A stretch of DNA of 64,000 bases from an uncultured Salinisphaerales bacterium (GTDB lineage Bacteria; Pseudomonadota; Gammaproteobacteria; Nevskiales; Nevskiaceae). Below are positions 9,068 to 18,439 of this stretch, one piece after another (position 1 is the first letter of the stretch; each line of letters opens with the position of its first letter). The stretch covers positions 19,648-83,647 of the forward strand of contig CAZDPA010000001.1 in the NCBI GenBank assembly GCA_964507195.1. Direction: 5' to 3'. Under the pieces are notes generated by a model. It saw only the letters and a list, made by a program, of their open reading frames with translations, ran no database searches and was not told the DNA's origin. The translations under genes and the position numbers were made by a program.

Positions 9068-10207
9068 ATGCAACGCCAGCCACTGACGCCAGAGATGGAA
9101 ATGTTCCGCGACAGCGCGCGCAGGTTCTTCCTGACCGAAATACGTCCGCATGCCGAGCGCTGGCGCGAAGCCGGCATTGTCGATCGAGAAGCTTTCCTCA
9201 AAGCCGGTGCAGCCGGCTATCTGTGCATGTGGGCGGACGAGAAGTACGGCGGCCTCGGCATCAGGGATTTTCGCTACGAACAGATACTCATCGAAGAGAA
9301 CGCCGTGCATGGCGACGCCGGATTCTTCATGACCGTACACAGCCGCCTGATCGCGCCGTATCTGGGCACTTTCGGTACCGAAGAACAGAAGGAGCGCTAC
9401 TTTCCGAAGATCATCAGCGGCGAATGCATCCTCGCCGTCGCCATGACGGAGCCGGATGCAGGTTCGGATCTGGCCGGCATGAAGAGTCATGCAGAAGATC
9501 ACGGCGACCACTGGTTGCTCAATGGCGCCAAGACCTACATCTCCAATGGCATCCTCTGCGATCTGGTCATCGTTGCGGCGCGAACGATTCCCGACAATCC
9601 GCACGCAGTCACGCTGTTTCTCGTCGAGCGCGGCATGCCGGGATTCGAGCGTGGGCGCAACCTGAAGAAAATGGGCCTGAAGTCGCAGGACACCGCCGAG
9701 TTGTTCTTCAACGACGTGCGCGTTCCCAAGGCCAACGTGCTCGGCCAACCGAACCGCGGCTTCTATCACCTCATGCACGCCTTGGCAGAAGAGCGCCTGC
9801 TGTCTGCTGCAGGCAACGTCGTTGCCGCTCGCCTCGCCGTCGATACGACGCGTGATTTCGTACGTAATCGGAAGGTCTTCGGCAACCCCTTGTCGAAAAT
9901 GCAGAACACGCGCTTCAAGCTCGCTGCGCTGGATACCGAGATCGAGGTCGCGCAGGCCTTCGTCGATCGCTGTGTCGAGGTTCACAACGAAGGCAAGCTC
10001 AGCGCCGAGGACGCGGCACGCGCCAAGCTGTTCTGTAGCGAAGTCTACGGTCGAGCGGTTGACGAAGGTGTCCAGCTCCATGGCGGAGCGGGTTACATGG
10101 ACGAATACCCGATCTGCCGCATGTACCAGGACGAACGCATCAACCGCATCTTCGCCGGCACGTCGGAGATCATGAAAGAGATCATTGCGCGCTCGATCCT
10201 CGACTGA
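9068..10207 (+). CDS. Acyl-CoA dehydrogenase
   Basis: 379 aa; AVAMTEPDAGSDLAGMKS, YISNG and QLHGGAGYMDEYPICRMYQDERINRIFAGTSEIMKEIIAR are canonical ACAD motifs. Confidence 0.92.
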   Translation: MQRQPLTPEMEMFRDSARRFFLTEIRPHAERWREAGIVDREAFLKAGAAGYLCMWADEKYGGLGIRDFRYEQILIEENAVHGDAGFFMTVHSRLIAPYLGTFGTEEQKERYFPKIISGECILAVAMTEPDAGSDLAGMKSHAEDHGDHWLLNGAKTYISNGILCDLVIVAARTIPDNPHAVTLFLVERGMPGFERGRNLKKMGLKSQDTAELFFNDVRVPKANVLGQPNRGFYHLMHALAEERLLSAAGNVVAARLAVDTTRDFVRNRKVFGNPLSKMQNTRFKLAALDTEIEVAQAFVDRCVEVHNEGKLSAEDAARAKLFCSEVYGRAVDEGVQLHGGAGYMDEYPICRMYQDERINRIFAGTSEIMKEIIARSILD

Positions 10208-10228
10208 GCATTCGGGTCCGATCCATCA

Positions 10229-10897
10229 ATGGTCGCCTCAGCGCGAGATCTGCAAACCGACGAGAAGTATGAAGAAGCCCTTGCCGAGTATGAACGGGCG
10301 CTCGCGTTCGGAATGGAGGAGCCATTTCTGCGCGGACGCATGGCCATGTATCGCCGGTTGAATCGATTTTCGGAAGCACTGGCGGACGCGAAGCTGGTGA
10401 GCGAACTGTTTCCGTACAGCACGCTCAAGAACCCTGTTAAGAACATGCTCGAGGCCTATCGGAACTGGGCATACGATCGGCAACGCGAGGACAATTTAGA
10501 GCCGGCGATTGAAGCTTTCACGGAGCTCATCGAATACCTCCCGAATGATGTTGATCTGCACTACTGGCGTGCGGTCGCCCTGAGAAAAAGTGGCCAACCC
10601 GAAGCGGCCCTCGAAGGGTTCCAGGCAGCAATGGCCGTAGATCCGCATCGCATCGATTCATTTCGAGGGGCCGACTTCCTGTTGGCGCTTCAGAAGAGAT
10701 GGGGTGAAGTCATTTCAATATGGGACGCTTTTATCCTCGACAATCCCGATGTCGCGGAAGGCTACTTTGAGCGAGGTGGGGCCAACTTCAATCGCGGCGA
10801 CTTTGCGTCTGCCCTCAACGATGCACAGAAGGCATGCGACCTTGGTCGGAGTGAGGCGTGCGAATGGGTGTCACGTCTCAGCAAGCATAGGCAGTGA
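10229..10897 (+). CDS. TPR-repeat protein
   Basis: 222-aa ORF with repeated TPR-like helices (YEEALAEYERALAF; AEGYFERGGANFNRGDFASALNDAQKACDLG). It is the first gene of the less GC-rich segment. No signal peptide. Confidence 0.55.
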   Translation: MVASARDLQTDEKYEEALAEYERALAFGMEEPFLRGRMAMYRRLNRFSEALADAKLVSELFPYSTLKNPVKNMLEAYRNWAYDRQREDNLEPAIEAFTELIEYLPNDVDLHYWRAVALRKSGQPEAALEGFQAAMAVDPHRIDSFRGADFLLALQKRWGEVISIWDAFILDNPDVAEGYFERGGANFNRGDFASALNDAQKACDLGRSEACEWVSRLSKHRQ

Positions 10898-11015
10898 TCG
10901 ACCTTCACTGCAGGCAGGAGTGTTCAAGCAGCCATGTTTTATCTCGTTTGGACTCGATCCCGTGGCGGGCACTCTGGCTGAATTTCTCGAATCGGCTGTC
11001 TTACAGGTCGACGCC

Positions 11016-11466
11016 CTAAGGAACGATGTCATAACTACGGCTGCCGTCGATGATGCTGGCATGGTTGAGCTCATCAGAGATGATTGCGTCGGCTTCGCTC
11101 AGCAACGCCTCGAACAATCCGCCGTTGGCGTCGAAGCACGATGGATAGAGAATCGTGTCTTCCATGCCAATGAAGTCAGAAAGCTCATGCTCAAGTTGCT
11201 TGTGTACTCCCTGAGTGCCGCAGATGCAGCGTACAGAGGCCATTCCGTAGCCCCAACGATCCCAACCTTCGGCAGCGGCTTCGGAAACCGCCGGATGCTG
11301 CGCTAGGCTTAGATTGTTGTTGGCGCAGAGGCTGATGACGTTGCCTGAGGGGTACTCCGACATGGCTGCCTTGAGGCGTGGCGATGATGCGCTCGCTCTT
11401 GTGCATGCCGGCGGAACGGATGGATGCCAACTCGTTCTGGACGTGTCCCCTGAAGCCAGTTTTCAT
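11016..11466 (-). pseudogene. kbl: Frameshifted and 3'-truncated 2-amino-3-ketobutyrate CoA ligase (kbl-like) remnant
   Basis: Two ORF-track pieces lie in different frames. 11191..11550 contains [36 protein letters not shown]. 11016..11363 contains [12 protein letters not shown]...[68 protein letters not shown]. Together they align with the first ~150 residues of E. coli Kbl. The remaining ~250 residues, including the PLP-lysine region, are absent. Confidence 0.8.
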
Positions 11467-11663
11467 CAGTGCCTCACTCAAATTGACGACGCCCCTGCCG
11501 GCTGGTTGGTCAAGGGGAGGACACAAATTCCCGGCGGTGGCGGAAAACACCGTCCCACGTGGGCAGTGCCGCTCTCAGCATCATCCGCGCAACTCTGAGG
11601 TAAGCGCCCGAAACGGGTTTTCATACTAACTGCAGTTCCCGATCCCTCTCGCGGGTCGATTTC

Positions 11664-12248
11664 CTATTTCACGGATGCGTAGATTGATCGCTTCGGCTGT
11701 GCGAACACGCGGCGAAGCATCGGCTCGAAAAAGGACAGTGGTGGAGTCTCGACCTTGGGGTCGAATGCCGGGGCATCGTACTTCTCGCAGAATTCAGCGG
11801 TCCGCTCGAAGCTGGGGTGTCCCTGGAATTGGTCGCGCAGGTTGCGGTCCATGCCCAGGTGATGAAAGAAGTAGTAGCCCTGGAAGATGCCGTGCTTGTC
11901 GACCATCCAGTGATTCTCTTCGGACACGAACGGCTTGAGGATCACTGCAGCGACATCCGCGTGGTTGTACGTGCCCAATGTATCGCCGACGTCATGCAGA
12001 AGGGCACAGACGACGTATTCCTCGTCGCGCCCATCCTGATGTGCAAGCGCCGCGGTCTGCAGGCAGTGACTCAGGCGGTCAACAGGGAAGCCACCGAAAT
12101 CGCCGGATAGCAAGTTCAGGTGACTCATGATGCGATCCGGCAGCTGCTGCGCAAACGGCAGGAACTGCCCCGCGATAATTGCCCAGTCCTGTTGTGTGCT
12201 CTGGGCAATGTCTGTGAAGTGAGCGCGAGGTGTGGGCTGGTCGTTCAT
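11664..12248 (-). CDS. HD-domain metal-dependent hydrolase/oxygenase-like protein
   Basis: 194 aa; RLSHCLQTAALAHQDGRDEEYVVCALLHDVGD carries the H...HD signature. The resemblance to PhnZ-type HD proteins is inference only. Confidence 0.65.
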   Translation of the reverse strand: MNDQPTPRAHFTDIAQSTQQDWAIIAGQFLPFAQQLPDRIMSHLNLLSGDFGGFPVDRLSHCLQTAALAHQDGRDEEYVVCALLHDVGDTLGTYNHADVAAVILKPFVSEENHWMVDKHGIFQGYYFFHHLGMDRNLRDQFQGHPSFERTAEFCEKYDAPAFDPKVETPPLSFFEPMLRRVFAQPKRSIYASVK

Positions 12249-12343
12249 TCAAGAATCCTGTACGGGATTTGGCAATCAGTTGGCGCCCCAATTAAGAGCT
12301 GCGCAGCGATGGCTTTCAATACTGGAGCAAGGAAACTAAATTG

Positions 12344-12365
12344 ACAAGTAATATATATTAATTGT
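12344..12365. promoter_or_regulatory. Operator copy A (ACAAGTA-N8-TAATTGT) embedded in a promoter facing the TBDR gene
   Basis: TTGACAAGTAATATATATTAATTGTATGTT: a TTGACA -35 hexamer, an 18-nt spacer, then a TATGTT -10-like hexamer. Same 7-8-7 architecture as sites B-E. Confidence 0.55.
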
Positions 12366-12408
12366 ATGTTTCAAGGCACACCCACTGCTGACACCTTACG
12401 AGACGCAA

Positions 12409-14883
12409 ATGCGATTGAAGTACCGGACCCTAATTGCGCTCATCGGACTCTCGATGCCGTTGCTATGCGTAGACGTCGTGGCTCAGGAAGCTCACGAGCC
12501 GGATGTGGTCATCGGCGAATCCGTTGAGGCGACGTCAGAATCTCCACCTGAGGAGTTCTGGGCTGCAGGTGAGGAGCATGCATCGCCAAGTACGCCACCA
12601 AATGACTCCTCGGCGAACTCAGCAAATGCGACAGACCCTGTTTCTGAAGGAGAGATCGTTCCAACGATTCCGGTTCTGTCGGCCGCGAAAATCTCTGAGC
12701 CGGAGATGGCTGCGCCATCGCGCAGCACGGTTCTTGAAGAGATCGTAGTCACTGCAGATAAGCGCCAGCAGAGCGTGCGCGATATTGCCGGCTCGGTTAC
12801 CGGTATCAACGGAAAGCAAATGGAAGAAGCGGGGGCTTCGGGTCTAGGGGAATACTTGTCGCTTTCGCCAGGCGTCAACTTTTCCAGCAGCGTTCCCGGG
12901 CAATCGCTGATCACCATTCGCGGCATTTCGTCGGACACAGTTCCCGGGTTCACGCAGACAACGGTAGGTGTTTATTACGACGACATCCCGCTGACCGACC
13001 CCTCGGCACCTATTGTTGTGCCAGATATCGACGCCTTTGACGCGGATCGTGTGGAGGTCCTTCGAGGACCTCAAGGCGCCTTGTACGGCTCGGCGTCTAT
13101 GGGTGGCGCGATGAACTACGTGCCCAATCAGCCCAATTTCTCCGACTACGAGTTTTCGGTAATGGGCACCGGAAACATCATGGAGAACAGCTCTGTAGGT
13201 GGCTCTTTCAAAATGATGGTCAACACGCCTTTCTTCCAGGACTCAGAGATATTCGATGATGGTCTGGCCTTGCGTGTTGCCGGCCACATCACCCACCAGC
13301 CTGGCTATATCGACAACCTGGGCCTGGATCGGCCCCAGTCAAATGAGACTACAACCGGTGGTGGGCGCGCGATGGTGAGCTGGGCGCCTACCGGAAATTC
13401 GGTTTTGCGCTTGGGCGGTCTCTACCAGCGAACGTTTGTCCCTGATCAGGGGTACACACTTGATACGTTGGACGATCTACAGAAGTCATCCATCATGCCG
13501 GAAGAAACATTCAACCAGTTCTGGCTTTCCAGCCTTCACTATGAAATTAGCGAGGATTACGGAACCTGGTCGTTGATAGGCGGGTATCAGGAAAAGGACA
13601 GCCTGGTCAGCTTCGATGCTTCGTCAGGATTGGGCTTAGATCAGACTGGGCTGCAGATTCCCCTCGTCCAGGGCGGAAGTGTTCAGGGCTACAGCGCAGA
13701 ACTGCGATTCGTCTCGCCGCTGGACGACACATTCTATTGGCTTGCCGGCATCTCATATGTCGATCGCAAGGAACTCTTCTACGATAGCCTCACTCCGGAG
13801 CTCACCTCCACCACAGTGGCGATCGCGACGAACCTCCTCGGAGCGTTGGGCATTCCGGTGCCGGCTGATATTGAGGCTGTCGGAACGTTGTTCTCCCAAA
13901 CTGCGAATGTCAAAGCGCCGGAGAAGGCTGCATACCTAGAGGGAACGTTTGCCTTTCTTGATCGATTCAAGCTGACAGCAGGCGGCAGGTTCTACGACAA
14001 CATGGTTGAGAGCAGCACCGTTTCAAGCGGTGTACTAATGCTCCCAACTGGATCGCTCAGCGCTACTGCTTACGACAAGCAAGTCGGGCAAGGATTCAAC
14101 CCTAAGGTCTCGATCTCTATGGAAGTGACGGATGACGTTATGGTCTACGCGCTCTACTCCCGTGGTTATCGACTGGGTGGAGTCAACCTATCGCCGGTGA
14201 CGCCGCTGACCAATGCATCGCAGTTCTACTCTGCGGACGAAGTTCGCAATTTCGAACTAGGCGCAAAGACGCGCTGGTTCTCTGGCGCCATGACAGCAGA
14301 CGTTACCGCTTATCGAATTGATTGGAAGGACATTCCTCTGCTGATTCAAGATAGCGCCGGTTTGTTCAACTACCTAGAAAACGCAGGTAATGCGAAAGTT
14401 GATGGCGTAGAAGCAGCATTGGCAATTATGCCTTTCGACTTTCTTACCGCCCGATCATCAGTGACATACAACGATGCTCGGCTACTGAATGACTTCGATC
14501 CCGACAATGGGCAGCCGCCTGCCATGGCAGGAGATCAACTTCCTGGGGCGCCGAAGCTAACGGTGACCAATCTCCTGTCCGGCGTCTGGTACGTAGGGAA
14601 TAGCATTCCCAGCGTGACCTTGATTCACCGCTATGTCGGTGAGTCCCCCTCCAATTTGTCCTTCAAGGACATTCCCGTCGGCGGATACCATTTATTCGAT
14701 CTGCGTGCGGGCACAAAGCTGAATGGCTGGAGTATCACTGCGTTCGTGAAGAATATCGGCGACGAACGTGCAATCACTGCCTCCAAGAACCAACCGCGGC
14801 CTAACGGCGACATCGTCTCTGCCCGGTACATCATTCCGCCTCGGTCGATCGGACTTGAGTTTGGCTATACCTATGGCCAATAG
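12409..14883 (+). CDS. TonB-dependent receptor
   Basis: Signal peptide MRLKYRTLIALIGLSMPLLCVDVVAQE. Plug motifs LEEIVVTADKRQQSVRDIAGSV and RVEVLRGPQGALYGSASMGG. 824 aa, beta-barrel-type C-terminus. Confidence 0.9.
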   Translation: MRLKYRTLIALIGLSMPLLCVDVVAQEAHEPDVVIGESVEATSESPPEEFWAAGEEHASPSTPPNDSSANSANATDPVSEGEIVPTIPVLSAAKISEPEMAAPSRSTVLEEIVVTADKRQQSVRDIAGSVTGINGKQMEEAGASGLGEYLSLSPGVNFSSSVPGQSLITIRGISSDTVPGFTQTTVGVYYDDIPLTDPSAPIVVPDIDAFDADRVEVLRGPQGALYGSASMGGAMNYVPNQPNFSDYEFSVMGTGNIMENSSVGGSFKMMVNTPFFQDSEIFDDGLALRVAGHITHQPGYIDNLGLDRPQSNETTTGGGRAMVSWAPTGNSVLRLGGLYQRTFVPDQGYTLDTLDDLQKSSIMPEETFNQFWLSSLHYEISEDYGTWSLIGGYQEKDSLVSFDASSGLGLDQTGLQIPLVQGGSVQGYSAELRFVSPLDDTFYWLAGISYVDRKELFYDSLTPELTSTTVAIATNLLGALGIPVPADIEAVGTLFSQTANVKAPEKAAYLEGTFAFLDRFKLTAGGRFYDNMVESSTVSSGVLMLPTGSLSATAYDKQVGQGFNPKVSISMEVTDDVMVYALYSRGYRLGGVNLSPVTPLTNASQFYSADEVRNFELGAKTRWFSGAMTADVTAYRIDWKDIPLLIQDSAGLFNYLENAGNAKVDGVEAALAIMPFDFLTARSSVTYNDARLLNDFDPDNGQPPAMAGDQLPGAPKLTVTNLLSGVWYVGNSIPSVTLIHRYVGESPSNLSFKDIPVGGYHLFDLRAGTKLNGWSITAFVKNIGDERAITASKNQPRPNGDIVSARYIIPPRSIGLEFGYTYGQ

Positions 14884-14962
14884 AGCTACCGTCTGGTGGC
14901 GTAGCTAAGTACGGGATATCAACGATCGAAAGATTTAAAACAATAACAAACGTGGTGCAACC

Positions 14963-16306
14963 TTGAAGCCCGATATTGAAGCGAATGAAATTCACCCGCG
15001 GGCTTGGCGTAGCACATGGCTACTGATGTTCGCAATGATCCTGTGCACCTTGGATCGAACATTGCCGAGCGTTCTGGCTGATCCCATTCGAGTCAGTCTG
15101 GGAATGTCTGATACGCAGCTGTCGCTGATTGTCGGGTTGGCGTTCGCGTCATGCTATGCAATCTTTGCGCTGCCGATGGGGTGGATGGCGGATCGTGGTC
15201 ACCGGCCTCGGGTGATTGCAGCGGGTATCGTAGTGTGGAGCTTGGCGACGGCCGGCTGCGGCTACGCCACTGGCTTCAACAGCATGTTCTCTCTCCGGAT
15301 GGGTGTTGGTATAGGCGAGGCCGCGCTCGTACCCGCCGCTATCTCATTGCTTGCCGACCTGATACCCAGGGCAACGTTGCCTCGAGCTATGGGTTTGTTC
15401 AACTCGGGCGGACTGTTCGGCATTGGTATGGCATATGCGGCGGGTCCCGCCTTGTCGCAGGCCCTGGAAGGATTTGTCGATGAAGCCACGATATGGTTCC
15501 CCGCAGACGGGTGGCGACTGACTTTCATCGTCGTCGGCGCCGTCGGATTGCTTTTTGCGGCACTGATCTTGAGGCTTCCCGAACCGAGAAAGGACCTAGG
15601 GGTCGTCGCCACTTCTCAGCCCAAGGCTCGTGAACCGCTCATGCCATACCTGAAGCGGTCATCGTCTTTCACGATTCCCTTGCTCGTCAGCCTCGTGCTT
15701 TTGAATCTGTATGCGGTCGGCTATTTGACGTGGCAGACCCCGTATTTCACCAGGACACACGGATGGGAGTTGGCGGAGGTTGGGAAGTGGCTCGGCATAT
15801 CTGTGCTGGGCGCCGGCATTACGGGGTCGCTTCTTGGAGGGTGGATCACATCGGTAATCACACGGAAGACAGGTCGTGATTCTGCAATGCTCGTGTCTGG
15901 TATTGCGGTGGCGTTGCTCGCACCTCTGGCGGTACTGACCCCGCTCTCGCCCAATGGGGAGATCGCTATGTCTCTACTCGCCATGCAGCTCACTTTGGCT
16001 TTTTCGGCAAGCGCAACCTTGCCCACGGTATTGGTCAATACATCACCTCCGCACCTGAGAGCGCGCTTCTTCGCGACGAATCTCTTCTTCGGAAATCTCT
16101 TCGGAGCCGGTGTTGGGCCAACGATATTCGCGCTGATCACGGACTACGTGCTACGCGACGAAAGTAAGCTCTACCTGTCCCTGTCGATCGGTGCGGCGGT
16201 CATATTTGTTCCCGTGCTAATCCTGCTTTGGCGCACCGCTCATCAGTATCAGTCGGCCCTGATTCGGGCGGAACCGGCATCAGCCGCGCTTGGCGCACAA
16301 ATCTGA
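14963..16306 (+). CDS. MFS transporter
   Basis: 447 aa with about 12 predicted TM helices. MFS loop motif GWMADRGHRPRV. The track start is a TTG, so the exact start is uncertain. Confidence 0.8.
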   Translation: MKPDIEANEIHPRAWRSTWLLMFAMILCTLDRTLPSVLADPIRVSLGMSDTQLSLIVGLAFASCYAIFALPMGWMADRGHRPRVIAAGIVVWSLATAGCGYATGFNSMFSLRMGVGIGEAALVPAAISLLADLIPRATLPRAMGLFNSGGLFGIGMAYAAGPALSQALEGFVDEATIWFPADGWRLTFIVVGAVGLLFAALILRLPEPRKDLGVVATSQPKAREPLMPYLKRSSSFTIPLLVSLVLLNLYAVGYLTWQTPYFTRTHGWELAEVGKWLGISVLGAGITGSLLGGWITSVITRKTGRDSAMLVSGIAVALLAPLAVLTPLSPNGEIAMSLLAMQLTLAFSASATLPTVLVNTSPPHLRARFFATNLFFGNLFGAGVGPTIFALITDYVLRDESKLYLSLSIGAAVIFVPVLILLWRTAHQYQSALIRAEPASAALGAQI

Positions 16307-16451
16307 AATGCCCCAATCTGGAAGACCATCGGCAGCAGCTAAGCGTTAGCTCGAGTGCCGTTTCGGACAAGAAATATGTATTGTTTGTATTGTATGATGA
16401 GGAAATATCTGGGCGTCATGTGATCAATAACTCGGTAAAGGGGTAGGTGAG

Positions 16452-17153
16452 ATGGCTCGGTCCGCTGTGAGCGCAAAGAGCAAGAGTGTCCGCGGGGCGG
16501 CGACAAAAAAAGTGCCCGTGCGTCGCACGAATGCAGAGCGAAGCGAGTCAACTCGGGAGCGAGTGATCGCAGCAGCTGTCCATGTGCTCTATACCCGCGG
16601 CTATTCCGGTGCCACGACCTTGGCAATCCAGGAAGCTGCAGGGATAAGCCTTGGGGCAATGCAGCACCAGTTCCCCACAAAAGCGAAGTTAATGGCGGCC
16701 GTTGCGGAAAGGTTCGGAGAGCATCGTTATCGGTGCTATGAAGAAGCCGCGCAGACTGCCACCGATCCGCTTGATTGCGTCAAGCGAATGCTTGATGTGG
16801 CTGGCGCGATCATTCGAGATCCCGAGTTCGTCTCAGGATTGGAGATTCTCCTGGCTAAGAGAAACGATCCTGAGTTGGAGCAAGAGCTCCAGCCGCTCAT
16901 GAAGCGCTACGAAGATCAGATGAATCGCATCCTGGACAAGATCGTCAAGGAGGCCGGTATCGATGATGCTGTTTGGAATAGCAGGACCCGAGTGCTCAGC
17001 AATGCTGTGACGCGTGGGCTGGCAGTCGAGCTTCTCAACGGCGGAGACCGGGCGACGGTCATCGGCGCTTACGCGCTTTGGCGAGAAATGATCCTGGAAC
17101 TGTTTACCCGCGAGATGAACACTTCCCGCCGTGGGGCGCGCTCGAAGGGGTAA
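16452..17153 (+). CDS. TetR family transcriptional regulator (only regulator inside the 12-40 kb catabolic block)
   Basis: HTH region STRERVIAAAVHVLYTRGYSGATTLAIQEAAGISLGAMQHQFPTKAKLMAAV. Confidence 0.85.
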   Translation: MARSAVSAKSKSVRGAATKKVPVRRTNAERSESTRERVIAAAVHVLYTRGYSGATTLAIQEAAGISLGAMQHQFPTKAKLMAAVAERFGEHRYRCYEEAAQTATDPLDCVKRMLDVAGAIIRDPEFVSGLEILLAKRNDPELEQELQPLMKRYEDQMNRILDKIVKEAGIDDAVWNSRTRVLSNAVTRGLAVELLNGGDRATVIGAYALWREMILELFTREMNTSRRGARSKG

Positions 17154-17282
17154 GTGTCCGGGTTCGTCCCGGAGAGCGCAGGTTCAAATCTGACCAACCT
17201 CAAGTTCCACAACCTGGAATGCAGCGCGTTCTGGGCCACTGCAGCTTCCCAATTGAATGTTCAGATCGAACGTAAGCCGCGT

Positions 17283-18041
17283 TCACTCTCGTACATAGCG
17301 CAGATCCGCAAGTGCCGAGTCTTGGCGCAGGCCGCGCATACTGCCATCGGCAGTTAGCCAAATGATGAACTCTTCATTCTCTGCGCCTTCCGTTCGAACC
17401 TGCTTTGCTTCACAGGCTTGGCCCTCATAGGTAAGAGCTGTCGCGCCATCTCCTGCCGGCGCCATCTTCACGGTTACTTGGCCGCCTTTGGTGGCATCGA
17501 AGAAAATACCCTCACGCAAGACCGGCGGCCCCCAGAAGGTCATAGGTACAGCGGCCTCGGGAAGGGAATGACTTTCTCCGTTGAATACTGCTTCCAAGGT
17601 ACCGTCCGGGTTTCTGGAGACGTCGAGCTTCTTATGAGAGGTGCCCAGCGTCCCAGTCGATCTGAAGTCTGCGGATAGGCTTACGAATCGATCACCACTC
17701 CAGCGCTCCTCAATACGCCGGTCGACTGTCGCCTTCAGAAGAAGCCGTTTGATCGTGATCTGCGATGTTGTAACAACAGTACGCGACATGCCGTCTTCGA
17801 GCACTCGTACAACGAAAGTGCCGACCGGCTCATCTCCGTCGAGGACGCGGAACTGCTGATCAGCGGAACTCGACGGAGGCGACGGCGCATCCAATGTTGG
17901 TGCGGCGTAAGCGTTGATGCTCGGTAAAATGCAGCAAGCGATACCAAAGCGGGCATAGCAGAAAGCGAGTCGCGCTCGCCCCAGAGCCGGTAGTTTCGAA
18001 TGGCGGACTCGAATCGATTCGTTCACTGGCGATCGCTCCAT
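17283..18041 (-). CDS. Hypothetical exported protein (beta-rich)
   Basis: 252-aa ORF with a hydrophobic N-terminal region ending INAYAAP. No recognisable catalytic motif. Divergent from ilvE across operator B. Confidence 0.5.
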   Translation of the reverse strand: MERSPVNESIRVRHSKLPALGRARLAFCYARFGIACCILPSINAYAAPTLDAPSPPSSSADQQFRVLDGDEPVGTFVVRVLEDGMSRTVVTTSQITIKRLLLKATVDRRIEERWSGDRFVSLSADFRSTGTLGTSHKKLDVSRNPDGTLEAVFNGESHSLPEAAVPMTFWGPPVLREGIFFDATKGGQVTVKMAPAGDGATALTYEGQACEAKQVRTEGAENEEFIIWLTADGSMRGLRQDSALADLRYVRE

Positions 18042-18181
18042 TAATTACCAAATGTGCCCCTGGACAAGTGCTGGTTTGCGACTGCCAGGGTTTACACCTT
18101 CGCCGAATTGAATCTTGATCTGGAACTCGAAGCGAACCGCTCGAAAATCCAGGCGCAATTCCAGGCCATGCTTCTATGTTG

Positions 18182-18203
18182 ACAAGTAGAATATATTACT
18201 TGT
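18182..18203. promoter_or_regulatory. Operator copy B (ACAAGTA-N8-TACTTGT) embedded in a promoter facing ilvE
   Basis: TTGACAAGTAGAATATATTACTTGTATATAC: -35 TTGACA, 18-nt spacer, -10-like TATATA. The half-sites form a perfect inverted repeat. Confidence 0.6.
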
Positions 18204-18439
18204 ATATACTGCGCCACGAGCTGGTTTCCACTGCGCCCGCGCCCGCTGCGGGCCCAGTTCACACGCCGATAAATCTGCTCTGACGTGCAACAGATTCTAG
18301 GCTTTCGACGCGCATCTGCCCGAAGCGCGGGGTAGGCCCTGATGGATGGTTAACGTCCTTGGCCCAAGAAGCATTGGTCTTTGTGCAGCCGCATTTGAAC
18401 GAAGCAGTTCATCCTACAAACTGAGAGTTACATCACCTC

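Noticed and set aside
16367-16393. Possible sixth copy of the ACAAGTA-N8-TACTTGT operator upstream of the TetR gene (ACAAGAAATATGTATTGTTTGT plus a tandem TATTGT)
   Set aside because: Both half-sites deviate by two positions and the spacing to the better TATTGT repeats does not fit 7-8-7. It is mentioned under the regulon finding but not called as a feature.
17154-17215. tRNA-like pieces (TCCGGGTTCGTCCCGGA hairpin and GCAGGTTCAAATCTGAC) just after the TetR stop, considered as a tRNA gene or an att-site scar
   Set aside because: I could not fold a cloverleaf. There is no acceptor stem, anticodon arm or CCA context, and the second T-arm-like stem is mismatched. More likely it is a simple post-gene hairpin; an eroded tRNA 3' fragment cannot be excluded without a covariance-model scan.
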